NCBI GenBank assembly: GCA_043754515.1
Contig: JAYUUO010000264.1
Span: forward strand, 1-24,636
Origin: Armatimonadota bacterium
Lineage (GTDB): Bacteria; Armatimonadota; Armatimonadia; Armatimonadales; Armatimonadaceae
Direction: 5' to 3'
DNA: 24,636 nt
Of this stretch, positions 1-8,539 are shown in pieces (position 1 is the first letter of the stretch; every line of letters starts with the position of its first letter). The notes beneath the pieces were generated by a model, which did no database searches, was not told where the DNA came from, and saw nothing but the letters and a program-made list of their open reading frames with translations. A program made the position numbers and the translations under genes.

Positions 1-99
1 AGTCTGGACAGGCAATCGTCAAAACAAGTTTTGACTGTACTTGTTTCGCCGATGACGTGGGTTTCAACCCGCGTTCCTTGACGAACCGCGTAACTCCTA
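1..99 (+). mobile_element. MITE-like element, copy 1 (right part only; cut by the window edge)
   Basis: Near-identical to 9098-9195 and to the reverse complement of 15808-15905; ends in the TIR GCGTAACTCCTA at 88-99. Confidence 0.85.
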
Positions 100-118
100 A
101 TACTTGTAGTGCTGTCAT
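100..118 (-). pseudogene. Probable 5' end (MTALQV) of a divergent gene interrupted by MITE copy 1
   Basis: Minus strand: TATAAT (151-146), purine-rich leader AGGGAAGACGAAAGAAT, then ATG ACA GCA CTA CAA GTA T running straight into the TIR. Confidence 0.4.
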
Positions 119-263
119 ATTCTTTCGTCTTCCCTGGCTCTCTCGATTATACCGCCTTCCGGGCGGGTGTACGGGAACGTTCACGTTCCGCACCCGAAAA
201 TACATCTGGTGTTAGCAACGCACCTGTGATGCGGTCGCCCTATTTCCCCCGTCACGTCTCACT

Positions 264-290
264 TTGCCATCACGTTATCCGTGGTATAAT
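264..290 (+). promoter_or_regulatory. Extended -10 sigma70-type promoter for the opp operon
   Basis: TG-G-TATAAT at 282-290; TTGCCA at 264-269 (15-bp spacer, suboptimal); about 70 bp upstream of ATG 363. Confidence 0.6.
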
Positions 291-362
291 CGCTCAATCC
301 CGCGAAAGGTACGTCCCCGACGCTCGTTCCCAGACGCTTACCGGACGCCGTTCATCGCCGCC

Positions 363-2393
363 ATGCCAAACGTACGCCGTTCGCTTCCGCCCTTTTTAGC
401 CGCCGCCGGAGGCGTGATACTCGCCGCGCTCGGGTTCGCCGGAACCGGTTGCTCGAACAACCCCTACCCGCCCGGCGAGTCCGGGTCGAACACGCTCTAC
501 CGCGTTCTGACCGACGACCCGAAATCGCTCGACCCGTCGTTCTCCTACACCGTGGACGAGGCGTATGTCACCGACCTTGTCTACCCGTCCTTCTATAAGT
601 ACCACTACCTGAAGCGCGAGCCGTTCGAGATCGAGCTCAACATCGGTGCCAAGCCGCCGCTCCGCGAACCGATGATGGTTACCGTGGCCGACGAAAAGGG
701 CGTCACGAAACAGGTAAAGGGCGAGCGGTACACGTTCACGATCCGCCCCGACATCCGGTTCCAGGACGACCCTTGCTTCCCTGGCGGAAAGGGTCGGCCC
801 GCGACCGCGTCAGACATCGTCTACTCGTTCAAGCGCATGGCCGACCCGAAGGTGCAGTGCCCCGTCGCCCCGTTCTTTGAAGACAAGATCGTCGGCTGGA
901 AGACGTACAGCAAGGCGATGGAGGCCGCGAAGGGCGACGAGCGCGGCAAGCAATACGACCGGGATATAGAGGGGGTGCGGGTAGACCCGAAAGACCCGCT
1001 GACGTTCACCGTCACCCTGAACCAGCCATACCCGCAGATGCGCTACCTGATGGCGATGCACTTCACGACCCCACAGGCGCGCGAGGCGGTGGAGCATTAC
1101 GGCGACGAGATAGCGCGTCACCCGGTCGGTTGCGGGCCGTACTACATGAGCGACTTCCAGCCCAAGCAGCGCATCGTGATGTCGGCGAACCCGAACCGAT
1201 TCAAGGCCTTCTACCCGACCGTGGGCGCGCCGGACGACGCGAAGAACGGTCTGCTGGCGGACGCGGGCGAAGAACTGCCGCGTGCGCCGAAGATCGTTTT
1301 CGACATTATCAAAGAGGCGACGCCCGCGTGGAACCTGTTCCAGCAGGGCTACCTCGACTCGGCGGGCGTCGGCACCACGAACTACCAGCAGGTCGTGACA
1401 CCGAGCGGTGGCCTCTCCCCCGACCTTATAAAGCGCGGCGCGATCCTGAAAAAGGACGCGCAGGTGAACGTTTACTACTGCGCGTTCAATATGGAAGACC
1501 CGACGTGGGGTGGCCTCGACGAGAAGCACAAAAAGATGCGGCAGGCGGTCTCGCTCGCGATTGACAGCAAGGAGTATATTGACCTCCTCTTGCAGGGTAA
1601 TGGCATCGCGGCGCAGTGGGTGCTACCGCCTTCGGTGTTCGGCTACGACGCCGCCTACAAGAACCCGCTTCGCCAGCCCGACATCGAGCGGGCGAAGAAA
1701 TTGCTCGCCGAAGCCGGATACCCGGACGGGGTAGACCCCAAAACTGGCGAGAAACTGGTGCTCAACTACGACAACAGCGGCATCACCGCGGCGGGGCGGC
1801 AACAGGCGGGGATCATTTCGCGCATGATCGAGCGCACCGGCATCAAGGTCGTGAACCGTGCCACCCGCCCGAATATCTTCCAGGACAAGATCCTAAAGAA
1901 TCAGCACCAGTTCATCTTTTACGGCTGGTTCGCGGACTACCCCGACCCTGAAAACTTCGTGTTTCTGCTCTACGGGCCGAACAAGAAGCCGGGTCCCAAC
2001 TCCGCGAACTACGCGAACCCCGCGTATGACAAACTGTTCGAGCAGATGCGGGCGATGGACGACGGGCCGGAGCGCGGGGCGATCATCGTCAAGATGCGTG
2101 ACATGGCGACCGAGGACTGCGCATGGATCCCGGTCTATCACAGCGTCTCGCTGTCGCTGGCGTGGGGCTGGAACAAGAACGTCAAGGCGCACCCGATCGC
2201 GAACGATTACAACCAGTACCGGACCGTTGACGTGGCGGAACGTGCGCGCAAACAGCGCGAATGGAACCAGCCGAATTTCGTGCCGACATTGATTATTCTG
2301 GGTCTGCTCGCCGCCGGAACGATACCCGCCGTCGGGGTCGTCAAACAGCATGTCAACCGGCGCATCCGCATTCACGAAGGGGGGGACGTGTAA
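363..2393 (+). CDS. oppA: Peptide ABC transporter substrate-binding lipoprotein (SBP family 5, OppA/DppA-like)
   Basis: Signal peptide with lipobox-like AGTG-C; motifs DPKSLDP, HPVGCGPY, KMRQAVSLAID, AKKLLAEAGYPDG, GWFADYPDPENF. ATG 363 preferred over TTG 264 because it directly begins the signal peptide. Confidence 0.92.
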   Translation: MPNVRRSLPPFLAAAGGVILAALGFAGTGCSNNPYPPGESGSNTLYRVLTDDPKSLDPSFSYTVDEAYVTDLVYPSFYKYHYLKREPFEIELNIGAKPPLREPMMVTVADEKGVTKQVKGERYTFTIRPDIRFQDDPCFPGGKGRPATASDIVYSFKRMADPKVQCPVAPFFEDKIVGWKTYSKAMEAAKGDERGKQYDRDIEGVRVDPKDPLTFTVTLNQPYPQMRYLMAMHFTTPQAREAVEHYGDEIARHPVGCGPYYMSDFQPKQRIVMSANPNRFKAFYPTVGAPDDAKNGLLADAGEELPRAPKIVFDIIKEATPAWNLFQQGYLDSAGVGTTNYQQVVTPSGGLSPDLIKRGAILKKDAQVNVYYCAFNMEDPTWGGLDEKHKKMRQAVSLAIDSKEYIDLLLQGNGIAAQWVLPPSVFGYDAAYKNPLRQPDIERAKKLLAEAGYPDGVDPKTGEKLVLNYDNSGITAAGRQQAGIISRMIERTGIKVVNRATRPNIFQDKILKNQHQFIFYGWFADYPDPENFVFLLYGPNKKPGPNSANYANPAYDKLFEQMRAMDDGPERGAIIVKMRDMATEDCAWIPVYHSVSLSLAWGWNKNVKAHPIANDYNQYRTVDVAERARKQREWNQPNFVPTLIILGLLAAGTIPAVGVVKQHVNRRIRIHEGGDV

Positions 2394-2394
2394 C

Positions 2395-3333
2395 ATGCTC
2401 CGCTATATGATCCGCCGCGTGCTGTACGCGGTACCCATCCTGATCGGCGTGCTCCTGCTGACGTTCTTCCTGTTTTTCGGCACGCAGTCGCCGGAGACGA
2501 TAGCGCGGCGCAATTTGTCGTCGCGCAACCCGACGCCCGCGCAGATCAAGCAGTGGCTGGGTGACCACGGCTACAATAAGCCCCTCGGCGAGCAGCTCAA
2601 ACGCTCCACGGTGGATATGGTCCTGTTCAAGTTCGGCAAGGCGGACTCGTCGGGCGAGGACATCTGGACACGCATCAAGAAGGGCACCGGGCCGTCCGGC
2701 ACCATCGCGGGCCTGAGTTTCCTGACCAGTCTGGTGGTTGCGCTCGGCGCGGCGATCGCGGTCGCGTACTTCCGGGGGACGTACGTGGACAACTACGCGA
2801 CCTTTCTGTGCGTGCTGATCATGTCCATCTCGTCCGTGGTGTACGTGATCGGCTTGCAGTTCTTTTTAGCGAAGATACTGCGCTACGGGCCGGTCTGGGG
2901 GTTCAGCCAGCACGACAACGCGCGGTTCGTTCTGATCCCGGTGATCGTCGGCACGGTGACGGGTCTCGGGGCGAGCGTGCGCCTGTACCGGACGTTCCTG
3001 CTCGACGAGATCAACCAGGACTACGTCAGGACGGCGCGGGCGAAAGGCGTCCCCGAACAGATCATCCTGCTCAAACACGTCCTGAAGAACGCGATGATCC
3101 CGCTCATCACGTCCAATGTTTCGGCGATCCCGACGCTGATCCTGGGCGGGCTACTGGTCGAGTCGTTCTTCGGCATCCCGGGGCTGGGAACCTACACGAA
3201 CGACGCCATCGGCTCGCAGGACTTCTCGGTGATCCGGGCGATGGTGTTCCTGGGCACGCTCCTGTATATCATCGGCAACATATTGAACGACATCTGCTAC
3301 GCGCTGGTTGACCCGCGCATCCGATTGGAATAG
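2395..3333 (+). CDS. oppB: Peptide ABC transporter permease (OppB/DppB-like)
   Basis: MLRYMIRRVLYAVP start; EAA loop DYVRTARAKG; LKHVLKNAMIP; DICYALVDPRIR end; ATG lies 1 nt after the oppA stop. Confidence 0.93.
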   Translation: MLRYMIRRVLYAVPILIGVLLLTFFLFFGTQSPETIARRNLSSRNPTPAQIKQWLGDHGYNKPLGEQLKRSTVDMVLFKFGKADSSGEDIWTRIKKGTGPSGTIAGLSFLTSLVVALGAAIAVAYFRGTYVDNYATFLCVLIMSISSVVYVIGLQFFLAKILRYGPVWGFSQHDNARFVLIPVIVGTVTGLGASVRLYRTFLLDEINQDYVRTARAKGVPEQIILLKHVLKNAMIPLITSNVSAIPTLILGGLLVESFFGIPGLGTYTNDAIGSQDFSVIRAMVFLGTLLYIIGNILNDICYALVDPRIRLE

Positions 3334-3345
3334 TCACGGCACGGC

Positions 3346-4380
3346 ATGGGAAAACTTTTCGACTACCTGTTCAATAACGACATCGCCCATAACGTCATCC
3401 CGATCGCGTTCCTCGGGTTGCTTTTCTACGCCCTGTTCGCGGCGGGAAGACAGCCCCTCTGGGCGGAAGCCTACCGCCGGTTGCGCCGAAACAGCGTGGC
3501 AATATTTGCCATCGCCATCATCGGCGTCTACGGCATGGTCGCGACTCTTGACAGCCTCGGCACGACGGACAAAAAATCGCAAAAGTATGTAACGTTGCTC
3601 GACCGGATCGCGGGGCGAGAGCAGGAGCGAACCTACTCCAAGCCGATGGCCAGTATGACGACCGGTGAGCCGAAGCCGCAACGACTCAAGCAACCCGGGA
3701 CACACCTGATCGGCACCGATGGCACGGGGCAAGACGTTTTCTACCGGATGCTGAAAGGGGCGCGGACGGCGTTCATCATCGGCGGCCTGACGAGCCTGAT
3801 CGCGACGCCGTTCGCGCTTCTTTTCGGCCTCGCGGCGGGCTACTACGGCAAGACGGTGGACGACCTCATCCAGTATGTCTACACCGTGCTGTCCTCAATC
3901 CCACCAATTCTGCTCCAAATCGCGCTGGTGCTGGTTCTAGGACGGGGCATCGAAAAGATATGTTTCGCGCTCGGCATCACCGCGTGGGTCGGCCTGTGCC
4001 GCCTGGTGCGTGGCGAGACGCTAAAGCACCGCGACCGGGAGTACGTGCGCGCGGCGAAGGCGTTAGGCGTGTCCGACTTCCGGCTACTGACGCGCCACAT
4101 CCTGCCGAACCTGCTCCCGGTTGTGATTATCTCGGTCACGCTCGGGTTCTCGGGGTTCATCCTCGCCGAACCGATCCTGGCGTATCTCGGTATCGGCGTG
4201 GACGCGGACATGGGTTCGTGGGGGAACATGATTGACGCGGCGCGCGACGAACTGGCGCGCGACCCGGTGATCTGGTGGAACATCACGGCGGCGTCTGGTG
4301 CCCTGTTCGTGCTGGTGCTCGCGTTCAACCTGCTCGGCGACGCCTTGCGCGACGCGGTTGACCCGCGTTTGCGAAGCTAG
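3346..4380 (+). CDS. oppC: Peptide ABC transporter permease (OppC/DppC-like)
   Basis: HLIGTDGTGQDV, EYVRAAKALG, RHILPN, FNLLGDALRDAVDPR motifs. Confidence 0.93.
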   Translation: MGKLFDYLFNNDIAHNVIPIAFLGLLFYALFAAGRQPLWAEAYRRLRRNSVAIFAIAIIGVYGMVATLDSLGTTDKKSQKYVTLLDRIAGREQERTYSKPMASMTTGEPKPQRLKQPGTHLIGTDGTGQDVFYRMLKGARTAFIIGGLTSLIATPFALLFGLAAGYYGKTVDDLIQYVYTVLSSIPPILLQIALVLVLGRGIEKICFALGITAWVGLCRLVRGETLKHRDREYVRAAKALGVSDFRLLTRHILPNLLPVVIISVTLGFSGFILAEPILAYLGIGVDADMGSWGNMIDAARDELARDPVIWWNITAASGALFVLVLAFNLLGDALRDAVDPRLRS

Positions 4381-4381
4381 A

Positions 4382-4430
4382 AGTCGGTTGCGCTGGTTAA
4401 AGAATGCGGGTTGAAACCCGCGCTCCGACT
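4382..4430. repeat. REP-like palindrome / hairpin related to the MITE interior
   Basis: Outer arms AGTCGG...CCGACT and inner GCGGG-TTGAAA-CCCGC (4406-4421); the reverse complement GGGTTTCAACCCGCATTCTTTAAC matches MITE GGGTTTCAACCCGCGTTCTTAAC. Confidence 0.55.
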
Positions 4431-4546
4431 GGGGGGGGCAACCCGTGCGCTCAGCCCGCGCGCCCCGGCCCGCGCTCGGCTTTTAGCGCGGAGCAATTAC
4501 GCCCAGTCCCGCGTTCCGCTGTAGAATGGTTTAAGGAGGGCTAACC

Positions 4547-4828
4547 ATGATTGACATGTCGACACAACAGTTTGTAAATGTCGCGAAAGCCAAACAGATC
4601 TACCAGGAGCGGATTCGCCCGACGCTAACGCAAGGCGACAAGGGAAAGTTCGTGACGATCAACATCCAGACGTGTGAGCATGAAATTGACGAGGATAATT
4701 TCGCCGGGGCGCGGCGGGTGCATCCCCGCTTCGGCAAGGATGCGCCGCTCCTCACGATACGCGCCGGATACAAAGCCGCCGCGAAACGAGCCGGTTCGTG
4801 GTTGGATCTCGAGGAAGCAAACTGGTAA
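4547..4828 (+). CDS. Small hypothetical protein, upstream partner of the aspartic protease gene
   Basis: Strong RBS TAAGGAGG; IY..RIRP...GKFVTINI pattern recalled from small ORFs preceding clan AA proteases; TAA/ATG overlap with the next gene. Confidence 0.75.
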   Translation: MIDMSTQQFVNVAKAKQIYQERIRPTLTQGDKGKFVTINIQTCEHEIDEDNFAGARRVHPRFGKDAPLLTIRAGYKAAAKRAGSWLDLEEANW

Positions 4829-5196
4829 TGATAATCGGCGAAGTAAGCGCGGATAAGGAAATCGTGTTCTCACTGCCAGTACGCGACTCGCGAGGGAGAG
4901 ACCATCTGACGCGCGTCGTACTGGACACCGGGTTCGGGGGACATTTAATACTACCGGCGGAAATGATAGCGGGGCTAGAGTTGGTCTACATTGACGAAGT
5001 GGAGATCTGGGCGGTTGGGGACGCACCACAAACCGTCCGCCAGTTCGAGTGCGTAATCACTTAGGACGGCGGCCTGAGACTCATACCGGTTCTAGAACTT
5101 GCGGGGCAGCCGCTGATCGGGATGCGCCTGATGTACGGCTCCGACTTGCACGCCCACATGGTTGACGGCGGCTTCGCCACCGTCGCCGCGCTTTAA
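4828..5196 (+). pseudogene. Clan AA (retropepsin-like, AF_0612-type) aspartic protease with an in-frame TAG at 5062-5064
   Basis: VLDTGFGGHLILP catalytic motif; after the TAG (expected Trp of the WDG motif) the frame continues DGGLRLIPVLELAGQPLIGMRLM...AAL to TAA 5196, including the PLIGM motif. Confidence 0.8.
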
Positions 5197-5240
5197 TTTT
5201 ATACGCCCGAAAAACACCAATCGAAGAGAAACAATCAGCC

Positions 5241-6362
5241 TTGTCCGAACCGCTTTTATCCGTACAAAACCTCAAGACCTACTTCAAAACTCAGCGCGGC
5301 CTCGCAAAAGCCGTGGACGGCGTGTCGTTCGACATCGAGCGGGGCAAGACGCTCGCCATCGTCGGCGAGTCCGGCTGCGGCAAGTCCATTACGTCGCTGT
5401 CGCTCTTGCAACTCGTCCCCGAACCCGCCGGGTATATCGCGGGCGGCAAGGTCGTGTTCGAGGGGCACGACCTACTGGATCGCACCTGGGAGCAGATGCG
5501 CTCGGTGCGCGGCAGGGACATCGCCATGATCTTCCAGGAGCCGATGACCAGCCTGAACCCGACATTCACTATCGGCAACCAGATCACCGAGGCGATGACG
5601 ATCCACGGCAAGAATGCAGGCGAGGCGTGGGCGCGGGCGGTTGACCTGCTCCACCGGGTCGGGCTACAGAACGCCGAGGCGACCCTGCGCCAGTACCCGC
5701 ACGAACTCTCCGGCGGGATGCGCCAACGCGTAATGATCGCCATCGCGCTCGCGAACCGCCCCAAACTCCTGATCGCGGACGAGCCAACCACCGCGCTCGA
5801 CGTCACGGTGCAGGCGCAGATCCTCGCGCTGATCCGGGAGGTCCAGCAGGAGATGGGCATGTCGGTGCTACTGATCACGCACGATCTAGGGATCGTCGCC
5901 GAAGTCGCCGACAACGTCTGCGTCATGTACGCCGGGCAGATCGTGGAGTACGCGCCGACCGCCGACCTGTTCCGTGACCCGAAGCACCCGTACACGAAGG
6001 GCCTGTTCGCGAGCCTCCCGGCGCGGAACCGGCGCGGTCAGGACCTCGCCACATTGGAGGGTATCGTGCCCGACCCGACCGAATGGCCCGCCGCGTGCCG
6101 GTTCGCGGAGCGGTGCGCGTTCCGCTGGGAGTCGTGCGTGACCATCGCGCCGAAACTGTTCCCGCCGGACGCGGATCGCCCGGTGCGCTGTCATTTGTAC
6201 GATCCTGCCATTCCCGGCCGCCCGAACATCGCCGCCGCGAGAGAGGCGGGCCTGACGGGCGACGTTTCCGCCGATGTCGCGGGCGCGACTGCGGGGGACT
6301 CGGACGTGGCGGTGCCTGAATCCCGGAACGGCGCGGCGGCGTTCGATAGTCCGGTAGAATGA
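5241..6362 (+). CDS. oppD: Peptide ABC transporter ATP-binding protein (OppD/DppD-like)
   Basis: Walker A GESGCGKS, ELSGGMRQR, LIADEPTTALD, HPYT and C-terminal CRFAERC motifs; TTG start. Confidence 0.93.
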   Translation: MSEPLLSVQNLKTYFKTQRGLAKAVDGVSFDIERGKTLAIVGESGCGKSITSLSLLQLVPEPAGYIAGGKVVFEGHDLLDRTWEQMRSVRGRDIAMIFQEPMTSLNPTFTIGNQITEAMTIHGKNAGEAWARAVDLLHRVGLQNAEATLRQYPHELSGGMRQRVMIAIALANRPKLLIADEPTTALDVTVQAQILALIREVQQEMGMSVLLITHDLGIVAEVADNVCVMYAGQIVEYAPTADLFRDPKHPYTKGLFASLPARNRRGQDLATLEGIVPDPTEWPAACRFAERCAFRWESCVTIAPKLFPPDADRPVRCHLYDPAIPGRPNIAAAREAGLTGDVSADVAGATAGDSDVAVPESRNGAAAFDSPVE

Positions 6363-6381
6363 AGCGGGGAAACAACAAGCC

Positions 6382-6981
6382 ATGTCTATGACATTAACAC
6401 CGCCTGTGATCGGCAACGCGTTCGCCACCGCGCCGAACACCCCGCGCCGCATGCCACTGTCCAGGGAGCAGTACTCACTCCTCGGCAACGCCGGGATGTT
6501 GCCGGAGCGTTGCGAACTGATCGACGGGGAAATAATTGAAAAATTGTCACAGAGTCCTGACCATACACAATCTATGCGCCGGGTCGAGCGGGTCATGCGC
6601 CGCCTTTTCGGCGAAGAGTTCGTCTACTCGCAAACGCCGCTGGTACTCGGAGCGCATGACGAACCGGAACCGGATGTTTTCGTGACTACTCTGCCGGAAG
6701 CCACGTTCCTGCAAAGACAGCCGACCGCCTCCGACTCTTGTCTGTCCATCGAAGTGTCCGTAAGCACCCTCGACTTCGACACGGGGCGGAAGGCGTCCCG
6801 GTACGCTCTCGCGGGTGTCGCCGACTACTGGGTCGTGGACGTAGAGAGCCGACGTCTGCTCGTCTTCCGCGATCCGGCGGGCGGGGCGTACCCCGCGCCG
6901 CTGGAGTTCGATGAGACACAGATCGTGTCATCGCTCGCCGCGCCGCTCGCCGCTATTTCCGTGGTAGACTTGCTACCATAA
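6382..6981 (+). CDS. Uma2 (DUF820) family putative endonuclease
   Basis: ELIDGEII, EPEPDV, IEVSVSTLDFD, K..RYA.AGVADYWVVDV motifs. Confidence 0.9.
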   Translation: MSMTLTPPVIGNAFATAPNTPRRMPLSREQYSLLGNAGMLPERCELIDGEIIEKLSQSPDHTQSMRRVERVMRRLFGEEFVYSQTPLVLGAHDEPEPDVFVTTLPEATFLQRQPTASDSCLSIEVSVSTLDFDTGRKASRYALAGVADYWVVDVESRRLLVFRDPAGGAYPAPLEFDETQIVSSLAAPLAAISVVDLLP

Positions 6982-6999
6982 ACGGGCGGAAAAACCGAC

Positions 7000-7569
7000 A
7001 TGTCCATCACGCTGACCCCCGCCATATCGCGCAAACACTTCACCCGGCCCGAGTATCACTTCCTCGCGGACAACGGCTTCTTGCGGGACGCCCGGTACGA
7101 ACTGCTCGGGGGAGATATTCTGGTCCAGATGCCACAAAAAGAGCCACATGGCAGCCTCGTGATGGCTATCGTCTTCCTGTTCGCGCGGCTCTTCGGCGAG
7201 GAGTTCATCCGGTGCCAGATGCCGGTCGTGCTGTCGAATGACGGCGAGCCGGAGCCGGATGTCGTGGTAACGTCGTCATCGCGCTCCGTGTATCAAACGG
7301 GGGGTATACCGACATCGGCGGATGTCCGGCTCGTTCTCGAAGTGTTCGTTTCCACGCTCCCCTACGACGTCGGCGAGAAGGCGGAGAAGTACGCGCAGAG
7401 CGGGGTAGCCGAATACTGGGTCGTGGACGTAGAGAGCCGACGTCTGCTCGTCTTCCGGGCACCGTCGCCGACCGGCTACGCGGTAACCGCCGTATTCACG
7501 GACGCCGATGCCGTGTCACCGCTCGCCGCGCCGCTCGTTGCTATTCCCGTAGGAGATTTGTTGCCTTGA
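7000..7569 (+). CDS. Uma2 (DUF820) family putative endonuclease, tandem paralog
   Basis: ELLGGDI, EPEPDV, LEVFVSTLPYD, KYAQSGVAEYWVVDV motifs. Confidence 0.9.
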   Translation: MSITLTPAISRKHFTRPEYHFLADNGFLRDARYELLGGDILVQMPQKEPHGSLVMAIVFLFARLFGEEFIRCQMPVVLSNDGEPEPDVVVTSSSRSVYQTGGIPTSADVRLVLEVFVSTLPYDVGEKAEKYAQSGVAEYWVVDVESRRLLVFRAPSPTGYAVTAVFTDADAVSPLAAPLVAIPVGDLLP

Positions 7570-7571
7570 GT

Positions 7572-8396
7572 ATGCCCGATTCCGTGCCCGTCGTGTCCGT
7601 CAAAAACCTGCGCAAAGAGTTCCCCGTGCGCGGAGGTCTGTTCGCGAAGAAAGAGTTCAAAGTCGCCGTGGATGACGTAGGCTTCGACATCGCGGTCGGC
7701 AAGACCCTCGCGCTGGTCGGCGAATCGGGGTCCGGCAAGTCCACGGTCGGCCTGATGTTGCTCGGCCTGCTCGACGTGACCGGCGGTACGATCGCGTTCG
7801 AGGGGCATTCGCTCGCGGACACGAACCGGCTCGCCCTGCGCCGCCGGATGCAGGTGGTGTTCCAGGACCCGTACGCGTCGCTGAATGTGCGGATGACGGT
7901 ACGCGAAACGCTGACCGAGGGCATGATCGTGCACAACATGGGCGACGCGAAGAGCCGCGAGGAGCGGGCGGGTTCGCTCCTCGGGCAGGTCGGACTGCCC
8001 CGCGCCGCTCTGGATCGGTACCCACACGAGTTCAGCGGCGGCCAGCGTCAGCGCATCGCCATAGCGCGCGCCCTGTCCGTCGAGCCGAAGTTCATCGTGC
8101 TCGACGAGCCGACGTCCGCGCTGGACGTTTCCGTGCAGAGTCAGGTGCTCAACCTGCTCCGTAAACTGCAACGCGAGAACGGCCTGACCTATCTTTTCGT
8201 GACGCATAACCTCGGCGTCGTGGAGTATCTCGCCGACGAGGTCTGCGTGATGGAGCACGGCAAAATAGTGGAGCGCGGCTCGGTGGACCGAATATTCGAC
8301 GCTCCGGAGCAGGAGTATACAAAGCGGCTTCTCGGGTCCATCCCGTCGCTCGACCCGTCACGGCACCGCCTCGCCCCTGCTGCTCCCCCATCATGA
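7572..8396 (+). CDS. oppF: Peptide ABC transporter ATP-binding protein (OppF/DppF-like)
   Basis: GESGSGKS, VFQDPYASLN, EFSGGQRQR, VLDEPTSALD; start ATG 7572 (alternative TTG 7566). Confidence 0.92.
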   Translation: MPDSVPVVSVKNLRKEFPVRGGLFAKKEFKVAVDDVGFDIAVGKTLALVGESGSGKSTVGLMLLGLLDVTGGTIAFEGHSLADTNRLALRRRMQVVFQDPYASLNVRMTVRETLTEGMIVHNMGDAKSREERAGSLLGQVGLPRAALDRYPHEFSGGQRQRIAIARALSVEPKFIVLDEPTSALDVSVQSQVLNLLRKLQRENGLTYLFVTHNLGVVEYLADEVCVMEHGKIVERGSVDRIFDAPEQEYTKRLLGSIPSLDPSRHRLAPAAPPS

Positions 8397-8405
8397 TAAT
8401 GGCAT

Positions 8406-8421
8406 TGGCACGAAACTTGCT
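8406..8421 (+). promoter_or_regulatory. Sigma54 (RpoN) -24/-12 promoter
   Basis: TGGCACG-AAAC-TTGCT is an exact match to TGGCACG-N4-TTGC(A/T); intergenic, about 120 bp upstream of ATG 8540. Confidence 0.8.
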
Positions 8422-8539
8422 ATGGATAACAGTCGGGTGAGGCGTTAGTCGGTCCGACGCGGCCCGCGAAGTCTGGTCGGCTGAGGTCGTGTAATACCGG
8501 AGCGGTTCGGAAGATCCACGCGCTCAACGGGGAAATATT

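Noticed and set aside
175..189. LexA box (GAAC-N4-GTTC)
   Set aside because: The spacing here is N0 or N6, not N4.
6826..7457. Diversity-generating retroelement template/variable repeat pair
   Set aside because: The tract is identical with no adenine-specific mismatches, and no reverse transcriptase is present.
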